64,000 nt of DNA from Candidatus Magasanikiibacteriota bacterium (GCA_963840935.1 CAWJAS010000001.1:448875-512874), one strand, 5' to 3'; shown: positions 37,719 through 48,317, counted from the first letter of the stretch. The notes: generated by a model not told the origin, from the letters alone. A program made the numbers and translations.

Positions 37719-40499
37719 ATGTTATTTGAACCGGTTCAGCCAATTAATATTTTGACTTGTCCGTCATGTAAGGGCACCGGCTTGCGTGGTTTTAGTAAAT
37801 GCTCGGTATGTAAAAGCCAATCAATGATTTTGTGGCGCAGAAATAAAATTTTGCAGTGGGCGGAGCCTTTGACTCGCCAAAACATCGCTTTGCAGAACGG
37901 TCGCAGAATTTGGAATAAAATTAGAAGAATAACTTTGATTGTTTTATGGCTTAATTCATGGATTTGGGCAGTTTTTTTAATGTATCGGGATGGTGTTTTT
38001 GATAAAATCGTAAGTTATCCCGAAAATGCTTTATTAATTTTTAATTCGTTATCGCCATTTCCCAAAGTGCTTTTTTGGCTCGGTTTGATTTTTTTGACTT
38101 ATTTGTGGCATAGAATAATATCAGAAAAAAAGCATCATATTTTTGTTGAAAAATATGAGTATAAAAATGATATCGACGATGCTAAAATTGATTTGGGTGA
38201 TTTATCCGCGTCTGATTGGGGGTCGATTGGTCGCACAAAGGCGAAGCGTATTTCAATAGATAAGGTTTATACGGATGAAGCATTGTCGGCATTATTTGAA
38301 ACTTACAGTTTTGCCGATAAAAATAATTATGCGGAAGTAAGTGTGGAGCATCTTTTTTATTCCTTGCTTGGTTTTAATCGAATTTCCAATTTATTTATCA
38401 GACTCGGTATTCCGGCAAAAATTCTTCAAAGTAATATTTCTCTTCTTTTTAACGCTCCTTCGCAGACTCAGAATCAAAATAGTATGCCGTTAATTTCTGA
38501 GGGCGTAAAACAAGTGATGTTTAACGCCTATGAAGAAGCCTATGAAGCTCACCAAGAATTTGTTATGGTGACGGAATTGCTATCTGCATGCGTCAAGCAA
38601 TCGCCGGTTATTCAAGAGGTTATTTATGATTTGAATATTGATAAAGATAAACTGACGAACGTGATTGAATGGGCGAGAATCAGAGAAAGACTATATCGCC
38701 AATACACTAAACAATCTGCCAAAGCTTCCCGTCGCTCAAAGCATGGCATGGATAAGGCAATGACCGCCTTAGCGACGCAATATTTGAATAAATTTAGCGA
38801 GGATATGACGTTAAAGGCCCAGCTTGATTATTATGATTTTTGCGTCGCCAGAGAAAAAGAATTCGATGAAATTTTTCGAGTGGCGAGTAGTGGTGCTTCA
38901 AATATACTTTTGGTTGGCGAACATGGCGTCGGAAAAAGAACAATAATGGAAGGGTTGGCCGAAAGAATAATCTCCGATGACGTACCAGATCGTTTATCGG
39001 ATAAACGATTGGTTAAATTAAACATATCTTCTTTGCTTGCGGGGACCACCGCGGCCGGCGCAATTGAAAGATTGGCGATTATAATGAATGAAATCGCGCG
39101 CGCGCGAAACGTAATTTTATTTATTAATAATATTCACGAAATTGTTGGTGTATCAGCCGGAGAACAAGGAAGTTTGGATTTAGCCGGCACATTATCAGAA
39201 TATTTGTCCGATGGAAGATTTTTGATTTTTGCCACAACCACAAATGAAGATTTTGCCCGGCATATTCAAAATACCTCGCTTGCCAATATTGCGCAGAGAA
39301 TAGATATTGGCGAAATGGACGAAAATCAAGCGATACAAGTTGTAGAATCAAAAATAATATTTATTGAGCATAAAAGTAGAGTATTTTTTTCTTATGATGC
39401 GGTAGAAAAAACAGTCCAATTGTCGGCCAGATATTTGCACGATATGTTTTTACCCGGCAGTGCTTTGGAAATAGCTCGAGAGGCCGCGGTTTATACCAGA
39501 ACAAAAAAGGGCGCTGATTCTCTTGTTAGTGGCGAAGAAGTTGGCAAAGTAATTTCTAAAAAAACCGGAATACCGGTGACCTCGATTTCATCCGATGAAT
39601 CCGATAAATTATTGAAGCTTGAAGAAGAAATGCACAAAAGAGTAGTTGGCCAGGATGAAGCGGTTGATTTGATTGCCAATGCTTTGAGAAGGGCTAGGGT
39701 CGAAATTCGTTCAAAAAATCGTCCGATTGCCAATTTCTTGTTTCTGGGTCCAACTGGAGTGGGCAAAACAGAATTGGCAAAAACAATTTCGGAAGTTTAT
39801 TTTGGTGGGGAAGAAAGGATGATAAGGCTTGACATGAGCGAATACCAAGACAAAACGGGAATATATCGACTGATTGGGGCTCCGGGCGAACAGGGAACCG
39901 GCATATTAACCGAAGCTATCAAACGTCATCCATTTACTTTGTTGTTACTTGACGAAGTGGAAAAGGCCGACCCCGATATTTTGAATATATTTTTGCAAGT
40001 CATGGATGATGGCCGTTTGACGGACAGTACCGGAAAAGTGGTTGATTTTACTAATTGTATAATTATTGCCACATCAAATGCCGGCACGCAATATGTGCAA
40101 GACCAAATGCGAGAGGGTATCGGGAGTGAACAAATTAAAGAACGCCTGCTTCACGGTGAGTTAAAAGATTATTTTAAACCTGAATTTTTGAATCGCTTTG
40201 ATGGTATTGTTTTATTCAAAGGTTTGACGAAGGAAGATATTAAAAAGATTGCTTCCATAATGCTCAAACGCGTTGCTTTGGATTTGAGTCAAAAAGGAAT
40301 TGAGCTTATTGTCGAAGATGAAGCTCTTGAGTATTTGGCCACCGTCGGTTACGATCCGGAATTTGGAGCCAGGCCGATGCGTCGAGCGCTTCAGGAGCGA
40401 ATCGAAAATAAGTTGGCAGAAATGATTTTATCGGGAGCCGTCAAAAGAAGGGACAAGGTTATTATCGGAGAAAATGGCAATATCTCAACTGTATTTTAA
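37719..40499 (+). CDS. Membrane-anchored ClpA/ClpC-like double-AAA+ ATPase: N-terminal zinc ribbon, two TM helices, Clp_N repeats, D1 (Walker B degenerate to NN) and D2 (intact)
   Basis: CPSCKGTG...CSVCKS zinc ribbon. D1 Walker A GEHGVGKRT with Walker B ILFINNIHE. D2 Walker A GPTGVGKTELAK, Walker B LLLLDEVEKA, sensor TSNAG and arginine finger GARPMRR. Confidence 0.8.
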   Translation: MLFEPVQPINILTCPSCKGTGLRGFSKCSVCKSQSMILWRRNKILQWAEPLTRQNIALQNGRRIWNKIRRITLIVLWLNSWIWAVFLMYRDGVFDKIVSYPENALLIFNSLSPFPKVLFWLGLIFLTYLWHRIISEKKHHIFVEKYEYKNDIDDAKIDLGDLSASDWGSIGRTKAKRISIDKVYTDEALSALFETYSFADKNNYAEVSVEHLFYSLLGFNRISNLFIRLGIPAKILQSNISLLFNAPSQTQNQNSMPLISEGVKQVMFNAYEEAYEAHQEFVMVTELLSACVKQSPVIQEVIYDLNIDKDKLTNVIEWARIRERLYRQYTKQSAKASRRSKHGMDKAMTALATQYLNKFSEDMTLKAQLDYYDFCVAREKEFDEIFRVASSGASNILLVGEHGVGKRTIMEGLAERIISDDVPDRLSDKRLVKLNISSLLAGTTAAGAIERLAIIMNEIARARNVILFINNIHEIVGVSAGEQGSLDLAGTLSEYLSDGRFLIFATTTNEDFARHIQNTSLANIAQRIDIGEMDENQAIQVVESKIIFIEHKSRVFFSYDAVEKTVQLSARYLHDMFLPGSALEIAREAAVYTRTKKGADSLVSGEEVGKVISKKTGIPVTSISSDESDKLLKLEEEMHKRVVGQDEAVDLIANALRRARVEIRSKNRPIANFLFLGPTGVGKTELAKTISEVYFGGEERMIRLDMSEYQDKTGIYRLIGAPGEQGTGILTEAIKRHPFTLLLLDEVEKADPDILNIFLQVMDDGRLTDSTGKVVDFTNCIIIATSNAGTQYVQDQMREGIGSEQIKERLLHGELKDYFKPEFLNRFDGIVLFKGLTKEDIKKIASIMLKRVALDLSQKGIELIVEDEALEYLATVGYDPEFGARPMRRALQERIENKLAEMILSGAVKRRDKVIIGENGNISTVF

Positions 40500-40854
40500 T
40501 ATGCTTTATTTAATAAAAGTATTTATCAAGGACCCGTGGATTATTGTCCCGCTCGCAACCGGATTGGCGACGCAATTATTTGTTTGGCCATTTATTTTTT
40601 TTCAATTAGGCCAAAGAAGTGATTATTTATTTCTTCACTATAATATAATTTTCGGAGTTGATTTGGTTGGTCCGTGGTGGAAAATTTTGTATTTACCGCT
40701 TGGAGGGCTTGGTATTATTATTCTTAATATTGCTTTATCTTTGTATATTTATAATCACGACAAATTAATATCTCGGATGCTACTTTTTTTTGCCGCTCTT
40801 TTTTCTCTGTTTTTGGTTTGGGCGGTTTATCTGGCCGTTGATATTAATTTATAA
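40474..40854 (+). CDS. Hypothetical small membrane protein
   Basis: Hydrophobic ORF between the Clp-like gene and ftsW. Confidence 0.3.
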   Translation: MAISQLYFNMLYLIKVFIKDPWIIVPLATGLATQLFVWPFIFFQLGQRSDYLFLHYNIIFGVDLVGPWWKILYLPLGGLGIIILNIALSLYIYNHDKLISRMLLFFAALFSLFLVWAVYLAVDINL

Positions 40855-40856
40855 AT

Positions 40857-41963
40857 ATGGCTAATTCTTTGACTTCAAAAAAGACAGACGGTCTTTTTTT
40901 GGTTTACGTTGGTATAATTGTACTATTTGGGCTGGTTGTTTTATTATCCGCCAGTTCGGCCTATGGATATTCAAAATTCGGTGATACTTATTACTTTGTG
41001 AAACGTCAACTTTTGTATGGGGTATTGCCGGGGTTGGTGTTATTTTTTATTTTTTATAGATTAAATACTAAGATCTGGCAAAAGATTTCATGGTCAATTT
41101 ATTTCATAAGCATTTTGGGTTTAGTCGCGGTTTTTATTCCAAGCATTGGAGCGGATTTTAACAAGTACGCAAAATCCTGGGTCGATATCGGTTTTATTCA
41201 TTTTCAACCGGCTGAATTCGCTAAATTAGCGTTAATCATTATTTCCGCAAAATTATTAAGCGATCCGGATACAGATTTAAATGATTTTAAATTCGGTCTA
41301 TTACCGGTATTAATTACGGCAATGCCTTTGTTTCTTTTGGTGATGCTTCAACCGGATTTGGGAACACTTATAATTATGGCCGGTATTTTTTGTGGCATGC
41401 TTTATTTGGGGAAAATACCAAAAACATATTTGACAATAATAATTTTATGCGGAGTGACGGCCTTTACTTTGCTTGCTATTGTAAAACCATACAGAATGGA
41501 CAGGTTGACTATTTTTTTACACCCCGAACTTGACCCACAAGGGATAGGTTACCATGTAAATCAAGCGTATTTGGCGGTTGGGTCTGGTGGTTTTTGGGGA
41601 TTGGGTCTTGGTCATTCCAGGCAAAAACATCAGTATTTGCCCGAAGTCCATGGCGATTCGATTTACGCGATTGTTGCCGAGGAAATGGGTTTTTTAATCT
41701 CTCTTGGATTAATTGTTCTTATTTTATTGATTTCGTGGCGTTGCCTAAAAATCGCCAAGGAATCATCGGATGAATTTAATTATTTGTTAATAGCAGGTAT
41801 TGCAATCTGGTTTTTTTGGCAATCTTTTATTAATATCGGCGCGATGATAGGTATTTTGCCTTTAACCGGCGTAACTTTGCCGTTTGTGAGCCACGGTGGT
41901 TCGTCTATGATGGTTTGTTTGGCCTCAGTTGGTATTGTGGCGAGTGTGAGTAAGCGCGGATAA
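40857..41963 (+). CDS. ftsW: SEDS-family peptidoglycan glycosyltransferase (FtsW/RodA)
   Basis: SEDS motifs (FQPAEFAKL, GDSIYAIVAEEMGF, PFVSHGGSS). dcw context favours FtsW. Confidence 0.8.
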   Translation: MANSLTSKKTDGLFLVYVGIIVLFGLVVLLSASSAYGYSKFGDTYYFVKRQLLYGVLPGLVLFFIFYRLNTKIWQKISWSIYFISILGLVAVFIPSIGADFNKYAKSWVDIGFIHFQPAEFAKLALIIISAKLLSDPDTDLNDFKFGLLPVLITAMPLFLLVMLQPDLGTLIIMAGIFCGMLYLGKIPKTYLTIIILCGVTAFTLLAIVKPYRMDRLTIFLHPELDPQGIGYHVNQAYLAVGSGGFWGLGLGHSRQKHQYLPEVHGDSIYAIVAEEMGFLISLGLIVLILLISWRCLKIAKESSDEFNYLLIAGIAIWFFWQSFINIGAMIGILPLTGVTLPFVSHGGSSMMVCLASVGIVASVSKRG

Positions 41964-42035
41964 ATTTTTGGTTTTTTGGCTTTACAAAATGCCAAATTAT
42001 GGTAAGCTATATTTGCTAAATATAGCGTATTTTTT

Positions 42036-42908
42036 TTGTATAAACAGTTTATAGAATGTATGGATTTGTCTATTATTACAGTGATTCATAATGATCGAGA
42101 AAATATTTTACGTCAATTACGTTCTGTAAATAACGGTTTTAACAATCTCCAGATTGAACAATGGGTGGTTGATAATGGCTCTGAAGATGGTTCGGCTGAT
42201 GAAATTGCCAAAGAATTTCCTTCCGTACATTTAATAAAAAACTTGGATAACAAAGGATTTGCTACGGCAAACAATCAGGCGGTAGAAAAATCTTCCGGCG
42301 ATTTTTTTCTTTTTTTAAATCCCGATATGGCTGTTTCACCGGGTAGCTTGGACATGATTACCGATTGGATGCGAAAACGGGCTGAAGTTGGGATTGCCAG
42401 CTGTAAATTAATTGATGAAAACGGAGTTTTTAATGAAGAAGCAAAACCGAGAAGATTCCCAAAAGTGACCGACCAACTGGCTATTATTTTAAAATTACCC
42501 CATTTGTTTCCGAGTATATTAAAAAAATATTTATATTCTGATTTTAATCCAGACGAAGAAAGGGAAGTAGACACGGTTCGGGGTTCATTTATGATAATGC
42601 GTAAATCATTTGTTGATGCCGTTGGGTACGCGTTTGATCCAAGATTTTTTATTTGGTTTGAAGACGTTGATATTTGCAAAGAGTGTTGGAATAGAGGGTT
42701 AAAAGTTTTTTACACGCCAATAATTTCTTGCGTTGATTTTGTTGGTCAAACATTCAAAAAAAAGCCTACTGTTTGGAAGCAAGTGAATTTTACCAAAAGC
42801 ATGCTCCAATATTTCAAAAAGTGGGAGCCTTGGTACAATTGGATTTGGATTGCCGTATTTAGACCGGTTGGAATTACATTAACCGCTATTCAAAATATAT
42901 TAAAATAA
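42036..42908 (+). CDS. GT2-family glycosyltransferase
   Basis: ITVIHND...VVDNGSEDGS...DNKGFATANNQ. Confidence 0.8.
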   Translation: MYKQFIECMDLSIITVIHNDRENILRQLRSVNNGFNNLQIEQWVVDNGSEDGSADEIAKEFPSVHLIKNLDNKGFATANNQAVEKSSGDFFLFLNPDMAVSPGSLDMITDWMRKRAEVGIASCKLIDENGVFNEEAKPRRFPKVTDQLAIILKLPHLFPSILKKYLYSDFNPDEEREVDTVRGSFMIMRKSFVDAVGYAFDPRFFIWFEDVDICKECWNRGLKVFYTPIISCVDFVGQTFKKKPTVWKQVNFTKSMLQYFKKWEPWYNWIWIAVFRPVGITLTAIQNILK

Positions 42909-42915
42909 ATAATTT

Positions 42916-44007
42916 ATGAAAAAACTAAGTGTAAATTTGGTTATTAAAAATGGCGCTCGTTATATTCCGTTTATTATTTCATCACTAAAAAAGCAAACTT
43001 TTCAAGATTTTGAAGTCGTTTTTATCGACAATGCCTCTGATGATAGCACGGCTGATTTGCTTCAGGATAGTTTGGTCAAAGAAAATATCGAGCATCGTAT
43101 TTTGCGTAATGCGGATAACAAGGGTTTTGCTGTCGGACAAAATCAGGCTTATAAAGAATCCAAAACGCCATATTTTTTACTACTTAACGCGGACACATAT
43201 TTAATGCCCGATGTTCTCGAAAAAGCGATTAATTTTCTCGACCTGCATCCTGAAACCGCTGCTGTCGCTCCAAGGCTGATGCGCTGGGATTTTGAATCAT
43301 CTTTAGCGGGTTACAGAGACGGAACGGAAATTTCATCGGCCGTTCATCACGGGTTTACATCACAAATTGACGCTATCGGAATCAGATTATTTAGAAACAG
43401 ACGAGCTGTGGAATGGTTAACAAAAGAAGAATGGGCCAAAGACAGTCAATCCGATGACGTTCGTAAAATATTTGAAAAATCAGCTCTTGAGGTTTTTGGA
43501 GTATCGGGCGCCTTTGCTATTTACAGAAGAAGCATCATCGAAAAAGTATTATTACCGGGCGATAATTTATTCGACCCCACATATCATTCATACAAAGAAG
43601 ACCTTGATTTGGCGTACAGATTGAGAAATGCCGGTTATGTTTCATATGTTTTACTTGATACGGCGGTATATCACGATAGAACCGGCGCCGGGCCAAAAAA
43701 GATGAGTGATTTTGCCGCGCTAATGAATAAAAAAAGACAATCATATTTTGTGCGATTTCATTCATACAAAAATCATCTGCGCACATTATACAAAAATGAA
43801 TATTGGCAAAATTTGCTAATGGATTTTCCGTTAATTTTTTGGTATGAATTCAAAAAATTTATTTTTTTATTGTTTAGCAATCCAAAAGTGATATTTTTGG
43901 GCTGGCGAGAGATTTGCAGGGAGAGAAAATACACAAAGGAAGCAAGAAAATCGATAATCAAATCCAGAAAAATGTATTGGAAGGGTTTAAGACGTTGGTG
44001 GTTATAA
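42916..44007 (+). CDS. GT2-family glycosyltransferase (rhamnosyltransferase-like)
   Basis: FIDNASDDST...DNKGFAVGQNQ. Confidence 0.8.
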   Translation: MKKLSVNLVIKNGARYIPFIISSLKKQTFQDFEVVFIDNASDDSTADLLQDSLVKENIEHRILRNADNKGFAVGQNQAYKESKTPYFLLLNADTYLMPDVLEKAINFLDLHPETAAVAPRLMRWDFESSLAGYRDGTEISSAVHHGFTSQIDAIGIRLFRNRRAVEWLTKEEWAKDSQSDDVRKIFEKSALEVFGVSGAFAIYRRSIIEKVLLPGDNLFDPTYHSYKEDLDLAYRLRNAGYVSYVLLDTAVYHDRTGAGPKKMSDFAALMNKKRQSYFVRFHSYKNHLRTLYKNEYWQNLLMDFPLIFWYEFKKFIFLLFSNPKVIFLGWREICRERKYTKEARKSIIKSRKMYWKGLRRWWL

Positions 44008-44009
44008 TT

Positions 44010-44841
44010 ATGTTTGATGTTTGCGTCACAATTGTTAACACGAATGAAAGAGAAGAGATTGAAAAATCTCTTGATTCCTTATATTCCGAATTCGATTGAA
44101 TCGATGTTGGATTTTTGCGTCGTAATTGTTGATAATGCCTCTAAAGACAATATTCAGGAATTAATTCAAAAGTACAAAAATTTATCGGTAATAAAGCAGG
44201 ATAAAAACAATGGTTTTGGTTATTCGCATAATCGTGCTTTTCAATCGGTCGAAGCACGATATTATTTTTTGTTAAATCCCGATACCGAATTCCCGGCTGG
44301 CAGAAATTTTTTGCGTCGTTTTGTTGATTTTATGGATAACAATCCAAAGATCGGTTTGGCCGGTCCAAAAATTTATTATCCCGATGGAAGTTTGCAGTAT
44401 TCTTGTTATAGATTTCCCACTTTTTTTCAGCCAATTTTTAGCCGTACCAGTTTGGGAAGAACACTGATGGGGCAAAAAGCGACCGAAAACTATTTAATGA
44501 AGGATTTTGACCATAATTCTACGATTCCGGTTGATTGGGTAATGGGGTCGGCCATGTTTTTTCGGCGTGATGCATATAAAGAAATCGGCGGTTTTGATGA
44601 ACGGTTTTTTATGTATGCCGAAGACAGTGATTTATGCAGGCGTTTGTGGGAAGCGGGTTGGGCGGTATATTACGTTCACGACGGTTGGCTTCGCCATGTA
44701 CACGGGCGAGCTTCGGCCAAAACTCAAGGAGTGCTCAAATCAATTTTCAGAAATCGCTACACCAGAATCCATATTTATAGTTGGTTAAAATATTTTATTA
44801 AGTGGCGCAATAATAGAAAATTTTATTCGCACAATATATGA
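44010..44841 (+). CDS. GT2-family glycosyltransferase with an apparent frameshift. The N-terminal strand (MFDVCVTIVNTNEREEIEKSLDSLYSEF, 44010-44099) is in a different frame from the rest (44014-44841). This could be a pseudogene or a sequence error.
   Basis: GT-A beta1/alpha1 is encoded in frame A and stops at 44097-44099. Beta2 onward (DFCVVIVDNASKD...) continues in frame B. Removing a single nucleotide near 44095 would restore one ORF. Confidence 0.5.
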
Positions 44842-45932
44842 TTTATCCCAAAATCGCCATTGTGTATTTGTGCTGGGCCGATGAACCGATAAAATATTTG
44901 CGAGATGCGCTTGATGCAATATCTAATCAAGATTATCCAAAAAATAGTTTGATTTTGCACGTTGTTTATAATGGGCCAAGAGTAAATGAAGAAAGTTTTG
45001 CCTCGTTTATTGAAAGCGAAACCAAGAAAAGGCAAGATAATCTACCAGAGACGGTATTTGTTGATTTAAAAAGTAATATTGGATTTTCCGCAGGAAATAA
45101 CTTGGGTGTCAGGCAAGCCATTGCCAAAGGGGCGGAATACGTTTTTTTGCATAATTCTGATGGATATTTGGCGAGTGATACAATAAGCAAATTATTTGAA
45201 GCCATAGAAAGCGATAAAAAAATAGGCGTTTGTCAGCCTTTAATTTTGCTTGACCCCGAAAAAAATCTTATTAATTCCGCGGGTAATAATTTGCATTACA
45301 TGCAAATAGGTTATTGCGATAAGTATCGTCAAAAAATAGACGAAAATTTATTGCCAAATACTGATATTGGTTATGCGAGCGGAGCCGGAGTTTTGATGCG
45401 AGTTGATTTGTTGAATGAGCATGGTTTATGGAATGAACGCTTTTTTCTTTATCATGAAGATACGGAATATTCTGAACGTTTGCGTCTCTTGGGTTACAAA
45501 ATAAAATTAGTCGGTAACGCCGTGTTTTATCACAAGTATGAGTTCAAAAATAAGCCGAATAAATTTTTTTGGATCGAAAGAAATCGCCATGGTCTGGAAT
45601 TAATGTTTTACAAATGGCCGACATTGTTATTATTGCTTCCGTTGGAAATATTATTTAATCTGGGTTTGCTGGCGTCGTCAATATTTGGCGGTTGGTTAAA
45701 AGAATTGTTAAAAGTTTATGCATATTGGTTAAGTCCAAAAAATTGGCGGGAATGGATGGCTGATCGCAAAATTATTCAAAGTAAACGCACGATGACCGAC
45801 AGAAAATTATTGGCATCCATGACCCCGTTTATATCTTTGGGAGATTTTAAAGCTCCAAAGATAGTTGAGATGTTGGCTAATTTTGTCTTTACAATTTATT
45901 GGTTTTTAATTAAAATATTAATCTGGTGGTAG
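44838..45932 (+). CDS. GT2-family glycosyltransferase with a C-terminal membrane segment
   Basis: IAIVYLCWADEP...NIGFSAGNN GT-A signature with a hydrophobic C-terminus. Confidence 0.8.
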   Translation: MIYPKIAIVYLCWADEPIKYLRDALDAISNQDYPKNSLILHVVYNGPRVNEESFASFIESETKKRQDNLPETVFVDLKSNIGFSAGNNLGVRQAIAKGAEYVFLHNSDGYLASDTISKLFEAIESDKKIGVCQPLILLDPEKNLINSAGNNLHYMQIGYCDKYRQKIDENLLPNTDIGYASGAGVLMRVDLLNEHGLWNERFFLYHEDTEYSERLRLLGYKIKLVGNAVFYHKYEFKNKPNKFFWIERNRHGLELMFYKWPTLLLLLPLEILFNLGLLASSIFGGWLKELLKVYAYWLSPKNWREWMADRKIIQSKRTMTDRKLLASMTPFISLGDFKAPKIVEMLANFVFTIYWFLIKILIWW

Positions 45933-45941
45933 CACACTTTA

Positions 45942-47045
45942 ATGAATACAATTATGAAAATATTAGTCTGCGGAGGAGCCGGGTTTATCGGTTCAAACTT
46001 CATACATCATATTTTGGAAAAACACCCTCATTACGAAGTGGTTAATTATGATAAATTAACCTACGCCGGCAATTTGGAAAACCTAAAAGATATTGAAAAT
46101 AATTTGGAGTATTCAACCCGTTATACATTTATTCGCGGAGATATTTGTGATTACAAACTTCTTTCGGAAGTAGTGGAAAAATATAAAATTGACCATGTGA
46201 TAAATTTTGCGGCTGAAACTCATGTTGACAGGTCGATTTATGGCGATTGTTCCGATTTTGTAATGACAAATACCTATGGTGTTTTAATGATATGCAATTT
46301 GGTGCGATATTATGGTTTGCAGAAATTTGTGAATGTTTCCACTGATGAAGTATATGGGACGCTTGGTCTTGATGAGGACAGAAAATTTACCGAGCTAACT
46401 CCAATCGAACCGAATATGCCATATGCCGCGGCGAAAGCCGGCGGAGATATGGTTTGCCGTTCATATTTTGTGACGCACAAACTCCCGGTTGTGGTGACGC
46501 ATTGCTCTAATAATTACGGACCATATCAATATCCTGAAAAATTAATACCGTCTTCGGTTTTTAGATTATTAAAAAACAAGCCAATTCTTATGCATGGTTC
46601 CGGAGTGAATGTGAGAGATTGGATTTATGTGCGAGATCACTGTTCGGCACTCGACCTGATGCTTCATAGCGGAGTTCCCGGAGAAATATATAATGTTGGC
46701 GTGGACAACGAAAGAAACAATTTGGAAATTGCGAAAATGATTTTATCGGCAATGAACAAATCGGAATCTATGATTGAGTTTGTGGAGGATAGACCCGGCA
46801 ATGATTTGCGCTACGCCATTGATTCATCAAAAATTGAATCTCTTGGATGGAAACCGGTTTATACCAGAGAGCAATTTAACGTTGGAATGTCAGAGACGAT
46901 TAATTGGTATTTGACACACCGTGATTGGGTGGAAAACTTATGGTCAAAGCATGTTGAGGCGTATGACATCAATCACGCGCCGACGCGTGAAAAAAGAGAA
47001 AAAATTCACCAAGAAAAAATAATAGGCGGTAACGAATCGATATAA
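45942..47045 (+). CDS. rfbB: dTDP-glucose 4,6-dehydratase
   Basis: GGAGFIGSN and the YxxxK catalytic region (YAAAKAGGD). Overall RmlB architecture. Confidence 0.92.
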   Translation: MNTIMKILVCGGAGFIGSNFIHHILEKHPHYEVVNYDKLTYAGNLENLKDIENNLEYSTRYTFIRGDICDYKLLSEVVEKYKIDHVINFAAETHVDRSIYGDCSDFVMTNTYGVLMICNLVRYYGLQKFVNVSTDEVYGTLGLDEDRKFTELTPIEPNMPYAAAKAGGDMVCRSYFVTHKLPVVVTHCSNNYGPYQYPEKLIPSSVFRLLKNKPILMHGSGVNVRDWIYVRDHCSALDLMLHSGVPGEIYNVGVDNERNNLEIAKMILSAMNKSESMIEFVEDRPGNDLRYAIDSSKIESLGWKPVYTREQFNVGMSETINWYLTHRDWVENLWSKHVEAYDINHAPTREKREKIHQEKIIGGNESI

Positions 47046-47049
47046 AAAT

Positions 47050-47454
47050 ATGAATTTGGATTTTAAACAATTAAAATTAAAAGTGGTTGAGAATGAGAAA
47101 GCAATTTACAGTTTTGCCGAACTTCACCAATTTATTGATTTTGGAGTAAAGAGAATATATTTTATTCAAAATTGCGTTCAAAATACCGGACAGCATTGCC
47201 ACAAAGAAGAAAAGGAATTGTTTATTATGGTAAAAGGCAAATGCACGGCAATTATTGATCGCGGGAACGGCAAAGAAGAAATTCCTTTTCAATCACCCGG
47301 TGACGCCATATATGTGGGCGCCTATGTTTGGCATGGGTTCAAGGATTTTACCGAAGACGCCGTGTTGTTGGCCTGTTCATCCACAAATTATCGTGAAGAT
47401 AGAAGTGATTATATTGAGGACTACGAAGAATATAAAAAAGTAATTAGCGCGTAA
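47050..47454 (+). CDS. FdtA/WxcM-like cupin, putative dTDP-4-keto-6-deoxyhexose 3,4-ketoisomerase
   Basis: Aligns along its length with FdtA-type isomerases (KRIYFI...HCHK...VWHGFKDF...DYIEDYEEY). About 134 aa. Confidence 0.7.
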   Translation: MNLDFKQLKLKVVENEKAIYSFAELHQFIDFGVKRIYFIQNCVQNTGQHCHKEEKELFIMVKGKCTAIIDRGNGKEEIPFQSPGDAIYVGAYVWHGFKDFTEDAVLLACSSTNYREDRSDYIEDYEEYKKVISA

Positions 47455-47456
47455 TT

Positions 47457-48314
47457 ATGAAAGGTAAGGTCGTAATATTTGGGGCCAGAGGAACTCTCGG
47501 ACAAGAATTAGTCAGAGAGTTTTTTGAAAATGATTATGACGTTATTTCTTTGGACAAAGAAGATTTTGACATTACGGATTCAAACGAATTAACTAATAAA
47601 ATTATTGATTTAAAACCGTTAATTATTATTAACGCCTCCGGTTATAACGCGGTTGATTTGGCGGAAAAAGATGAAGATGAAAAAAAGTCGGCCTATGCGA
47701 TTAACGCCGAAGCGCCCAAAATAATGGCTGAAACTGCAAAAAAAATTGACTCGATTTTTGTTAATTATTCCACGGATTTTGTTTTTGATGGAGGAAAGGG
47801 GAGTGGGTATGTGGAAGAAGACACACCCAACCCTCTTTCTGAATACGGAAAGTCAAAATTTTTGGGTGAAATAAATATTCAAAATGCGGGCGGGAAATTT
47901 TATATTATTCGGCCGTCAAGAATTTTTGGTCGGCTGGGAAAGTCAGGCGGTAAAAAAAGTTTTGTGGAAATAATGCTCGAAAAAAAGGATCTGCCCGAGA
48001 TAAAAGTTGTTAATGATGAAACCGGTTCACCGACATATGCCCCGGATTTGGCAAAATTTACTCGTGAGCTGATTAAAGACAACGAACCCTATGGGATTTA
48101 TCACGGAGTTAATGAGGGGTCGTGTTCATGGTATGAATGGGCCGAAGAGATTTTTAGCTTGGCTGACGCAAGACCGATATTAATTCCGATTTCTTCGGCA
48201 GAGTTTGGCAATCCCGCCAAAAGGCCAAAAAATTCTTCATTAATCAACACAAAAACAAAACTGCTTCGCCATTGGCAGGAAGCATTAAAAGAATGTTTAC
48301 TAAATAATTTTTAA
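47457..48314 (+). CDS. rfbD: dTDP-4-dehydrorhamnose reductase-like (RmlD family)
   Basis: N-terminal GxxGxxG and the RmlD substrate-binding-domain pattern. Confidence 0.82.
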   Translation: MKGKVVIFGARGTLGQELVREFFENDYDVISLDKEDFDITDSNELTNKIIDLKPLIIINASGYNAVDLAEKDEDEKKSAYAINAEAPKIMAETAKKIDSIFVNYSTDFVFDGGKGSGYVEEDTPNPLSEYGKSKFLGEINIQNAGGKFYIIRPSRIFGRLGKSGGKKSFVEIMLEKKDLPEIKVVNDETGSPTYAPDLAKFTRELIKDNEPYGIYHGVNEGSCSWYEWAEEIFSLADARPILIPISSAEFGNPAKRPKNSSLINTKTKLLRHWQEALKECLLNNF

Positions 48315-48317
48315 TAT

